This document shows positions 61,406-64,000 of a stretch of 64,000 nucleotides of DNA, piece by piece. How positions within the stretch are numbered: position 1 is the first letter of the stretch; each line of letters opens with the position of its first letter. Under the pieces are notes generated by a model. The model was not told where the DNA came from. It was given only the letters and a program-made list of their open reading frames with translations, and ran no database searches. This stretch comes from Podarcis cretensis (taxonomy: Eukaryota). The stretch covers positions 37,758,001 to 37,822,000 of the forward strand of contig OX638163.1 in assembly GCA_951804945.1 (NCBI GenBank), in the 5' to 3' direction. Position numbers and translations under genes: made by a program.

Positions 61406-61562
61406 CTGCTGCCAGCCCAAGCTGGGGAAAGAGGCCCGTGGGCATTCTGCATGCTGTGGCCACTGCCAGCCTCAACCATGGAAAGAGATGCTTGCGCTTG
61501 GTGGCTGTGGCCCCATGCACCCGGATTCATGCGCCCCTTTCCCCAGCTTGGGCTGGCAGCAG
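61406..61562. repeat. Perfect 26-bp inverted repeat with partly paired spacer
   Basis: ctgctgccagcccaagctggggaaag (61406-61431) / ctttccccagcttgggctggcagcag (61537-61562). Confidence 0.9.
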
Positions 61563-62373
61563 CTCAGGCTGTCCACCTCATATGCTTGGCTATATATTTT
61601 GTTCTGTAACTTCCTAGACAAGTGGATGAAAATATAGCATCTTTAGATTTAGTCTTGCTTTCCTTATGTGAACAACAGTGTGGCATTTACACCCCTGAAC
61701 ACCTGAACCAGGCATCAATTTGTTCTCCTTCCTAAACAAGACCTGAGTAGGCATCAGTTACATGAGATAAGGAGTCTGTCTAGGGAAGTGGAGAAATTCA
61801 TACCAAAATGCTGATTGCTATTAAAATATGGATGACTAAATTTAAATGAGAAACTGAGATCGTTCCTTTGTTCTAGGATAAAAGAGCTACACAAGATCCC
61901 TTCAATGTCTGTAAACAGTTCTAAGGAAACACAAGTGGAACTGTCAACAAATTGTAACTTTTATCCTCACCTTCCCGCAAGAGTGTTCCTCTCTGGCCAA
62001 CCATCCATGCCTGCTATATGATACAATGAGTTGCAAGGCATTCAAGAAGGCTGTTCTGCATACCCCTTAAATTTTCTACCACCACCCCAAATGACTTTCA
62101 AAAGACTACAGCTGCCAAGCATGCTCAGTCCTCATTACCTTTGTAAGTGGGGATTTTTCAGCTTTTAAAATATTCCTGAAAACTGCAAGTGTTCCCTCAA
62201 GCTTGCTGATTTCTCCCTCTTGTTTCTTAGGTCCTATTTTGGTTCCAGTGCTGTGGGCACCCATCACCAGAGTTTTCAATTAAAGGAAGTAGTGTTCATA
62301 AGCCAACTTGCATTACGCAGACCAGTATTTGTGAGTGAAAGCTGTTCTCCAAATGGGAAAGGCTAACTTTGGT

Positions 62374-63371
62374 CATCTGGAGTTTTAGAGTACATTGGCA
62401 GCAATATGCTGATGACACACAACTCTACTTCTCCTTTACATCTGCAGCTGTGGCAGTGGATGTGCTGGACCATTTTCTAGCCTTGATAATGGACTGGATG
62501 AGAGCTATCAAATTAATCTCAATCCAGATAAGACTGAGGCACTGTTAGTGGGCGGTTCCCTTGATTGATTATAGGTTGCCTGCTCTCATTGAGGTTATAT
62601 TCCCTCTGAAGGAGTGGGCAAGAAGCTTAGGGGTACTCCTGGATCCTTTGTTTTCACTTGAGGCTGAGAGGGCCTCAGTGGTGTGGAGTGCTTCCATCAG
62701 TTTCAGGTTGTAGCCCAGTTGCATTCTTATCTGGAAAGGGATAGCTTAATTTATGTTGTTTATGCTCTGGTGACCTCTGTGTTACATTATTGCAATACAT
62801 TATACATAGATGGTTTGGAAACTTCAGCTGATGCTGAATTCAGCAGCCAGGATGCTCACCAGGATAAGATGGTTTGAGCATGTAGAGTCAATCCTGACCT
62901 GAGTGCACTGGCTGCCTATTAGATTCTGGGTCCAATTCAAAGTGCTGGTTTTGACCTATAAAGCCTGAAATGACCCAGGACCATGTATCTGAAGGACCAC
63001 CTCTCCCCATATGAACAGACCCAGACCCTGTGATCATTATCTGAGGCCCTCTTCTATGAGATGTCTGGAGGCTGGCAACACTGGAACAGGCCTTTTTTTT
63101 GTATTGACTCTCCACTTGTGGAATACTCTCCCCAGGGAGGCTTGCCTGATGCCTTTGTTACATATCTTTAGGCACCAAGCAAAAACATTCCTCTTCCTCC
63201 AAGCCTTTGACTAATTAAACAACCCACAGCCTTTTAAACTGTGTCTGTTATTTGGGGGGGGGGGTTCCTTGTTTACTATGGTATATTTTTTGTGTTTTTA
63301 TATTGTAAACTGCCTTGTGATCCTTGGGTGAAGGGAGGCGCAGAAATATAATAGACAACAATAACAACAAC
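62374..63371 (+). mobile_element. L2 LINE, 5'-truncated, old and degenerate
   Basis: Decayed QYADDTQLYF, LNPDKTE, YCN, LHWLP..F..QFKVLVLTYKAL and LWN.LP motifs; 3' UTR with (CAA/TAA) tail. Confidence 0.88.
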
Positions 63372-64000
63372 TTTTGATCCAACCCACTGTGACCCAGAAT
63401 CTAGTAGCAAAGTATAAAATGACTTTGTTTGACTTTGAAACATGCATCCATCTGTGGCACATTCGGCCTCCTTAGCCCTGTCCATGGGCGGATGCTTTCT
63501 TAATGGGATTATTCTTGTACCGGAAGATTAAGACCCTTGAAGAGAATAGCTGAAGAGTGAAAATGCATCAGCTTCATCATTCATGGGAACCATTAAGGAT
63601 GGTTTTTACAGACCAGTGGCACGGTGGGGATATAAATGGCACTTATCATGCCAAAATGTTACATGTGTCGCACTGCTTGTACAATCTTTAATGGTTTCCT
63701 GTAATTATGTGGGCACAATTACATATTCCATTTTCAATACATAAGGCTCTAAACAACTTGGGATGCACTTCTCTGTAATGCGACCTTTTTCACCTGTATC
63801 TGAGCACAATCTTATACAGTGATTGATACATTTCACTGCATGTCAGTTCACTGCAAATCTTCATAAATTATTTACTGGTTATAACATTCTGTAGGGATAC
63901 TTTAGGCAACATTTTGATGGTAACTTTGCTGGTCCATTCATGTATCAAGTGCATTCGAAGAGTTGTTCTGGTAAATATCAAGAGATCAATATTGTTGACA

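Noticed and set aside
1-64000. CRISPR arrays, operons, rRNA genes or an intact transposase/retroviral gene
   Set aside because: The sequence is vertebrate intronic or intergenic DNA; no regularly spaced repeats, rRNA similarity or such ORFs were seen.

Overview
Vertebrate nuclear DNA, very likely a squamate and probably a lacertid lizard (inferred from the repeats: several Sauria SINEs with (ACCTTT)n tails, a MIR/Squam3-like SINE, and CR1, L2, L1 and RTE LINEs). I found no recognisable host protein-coding gene. The window looks like a large intron or gene desert: AT-rich unique stretches, some possibly conserved non-coding elements, interleaved with a very diverse set of transposable elements. 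The only ORFs with recognisable protein are retrotransposon-derived: an intact L2 reverse-transcriptase C-terminus (55435-56427) and an L1-clade ORF2 C-terminus (41622-41987, minus). Several insertions still carry target-site duplications (TSDs): two Sauria SINEs, an L1, a solo LTR, and hAT and Tc1/mariner MITEs. Best second-look items: (1) an Ngaro/DIRS-like terminal-repeat remnant containing a compact multi-stem RNA-like motif (47835-47942); (2) a CR1 insertion with a 5' inversion matching twin priming (59683-60119); (3) a candidate 21-nt minus-strand micro-exon (39581-39601); (4) an inverted Sauria SINE pair; (5) a mariner-type MITE beside what looks like its own excision footprint; (6) a solo LTR with a full set of promoter motifs. 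Family names come from motif recognition, not database searches, and the boundaries of old repeats are approximate.
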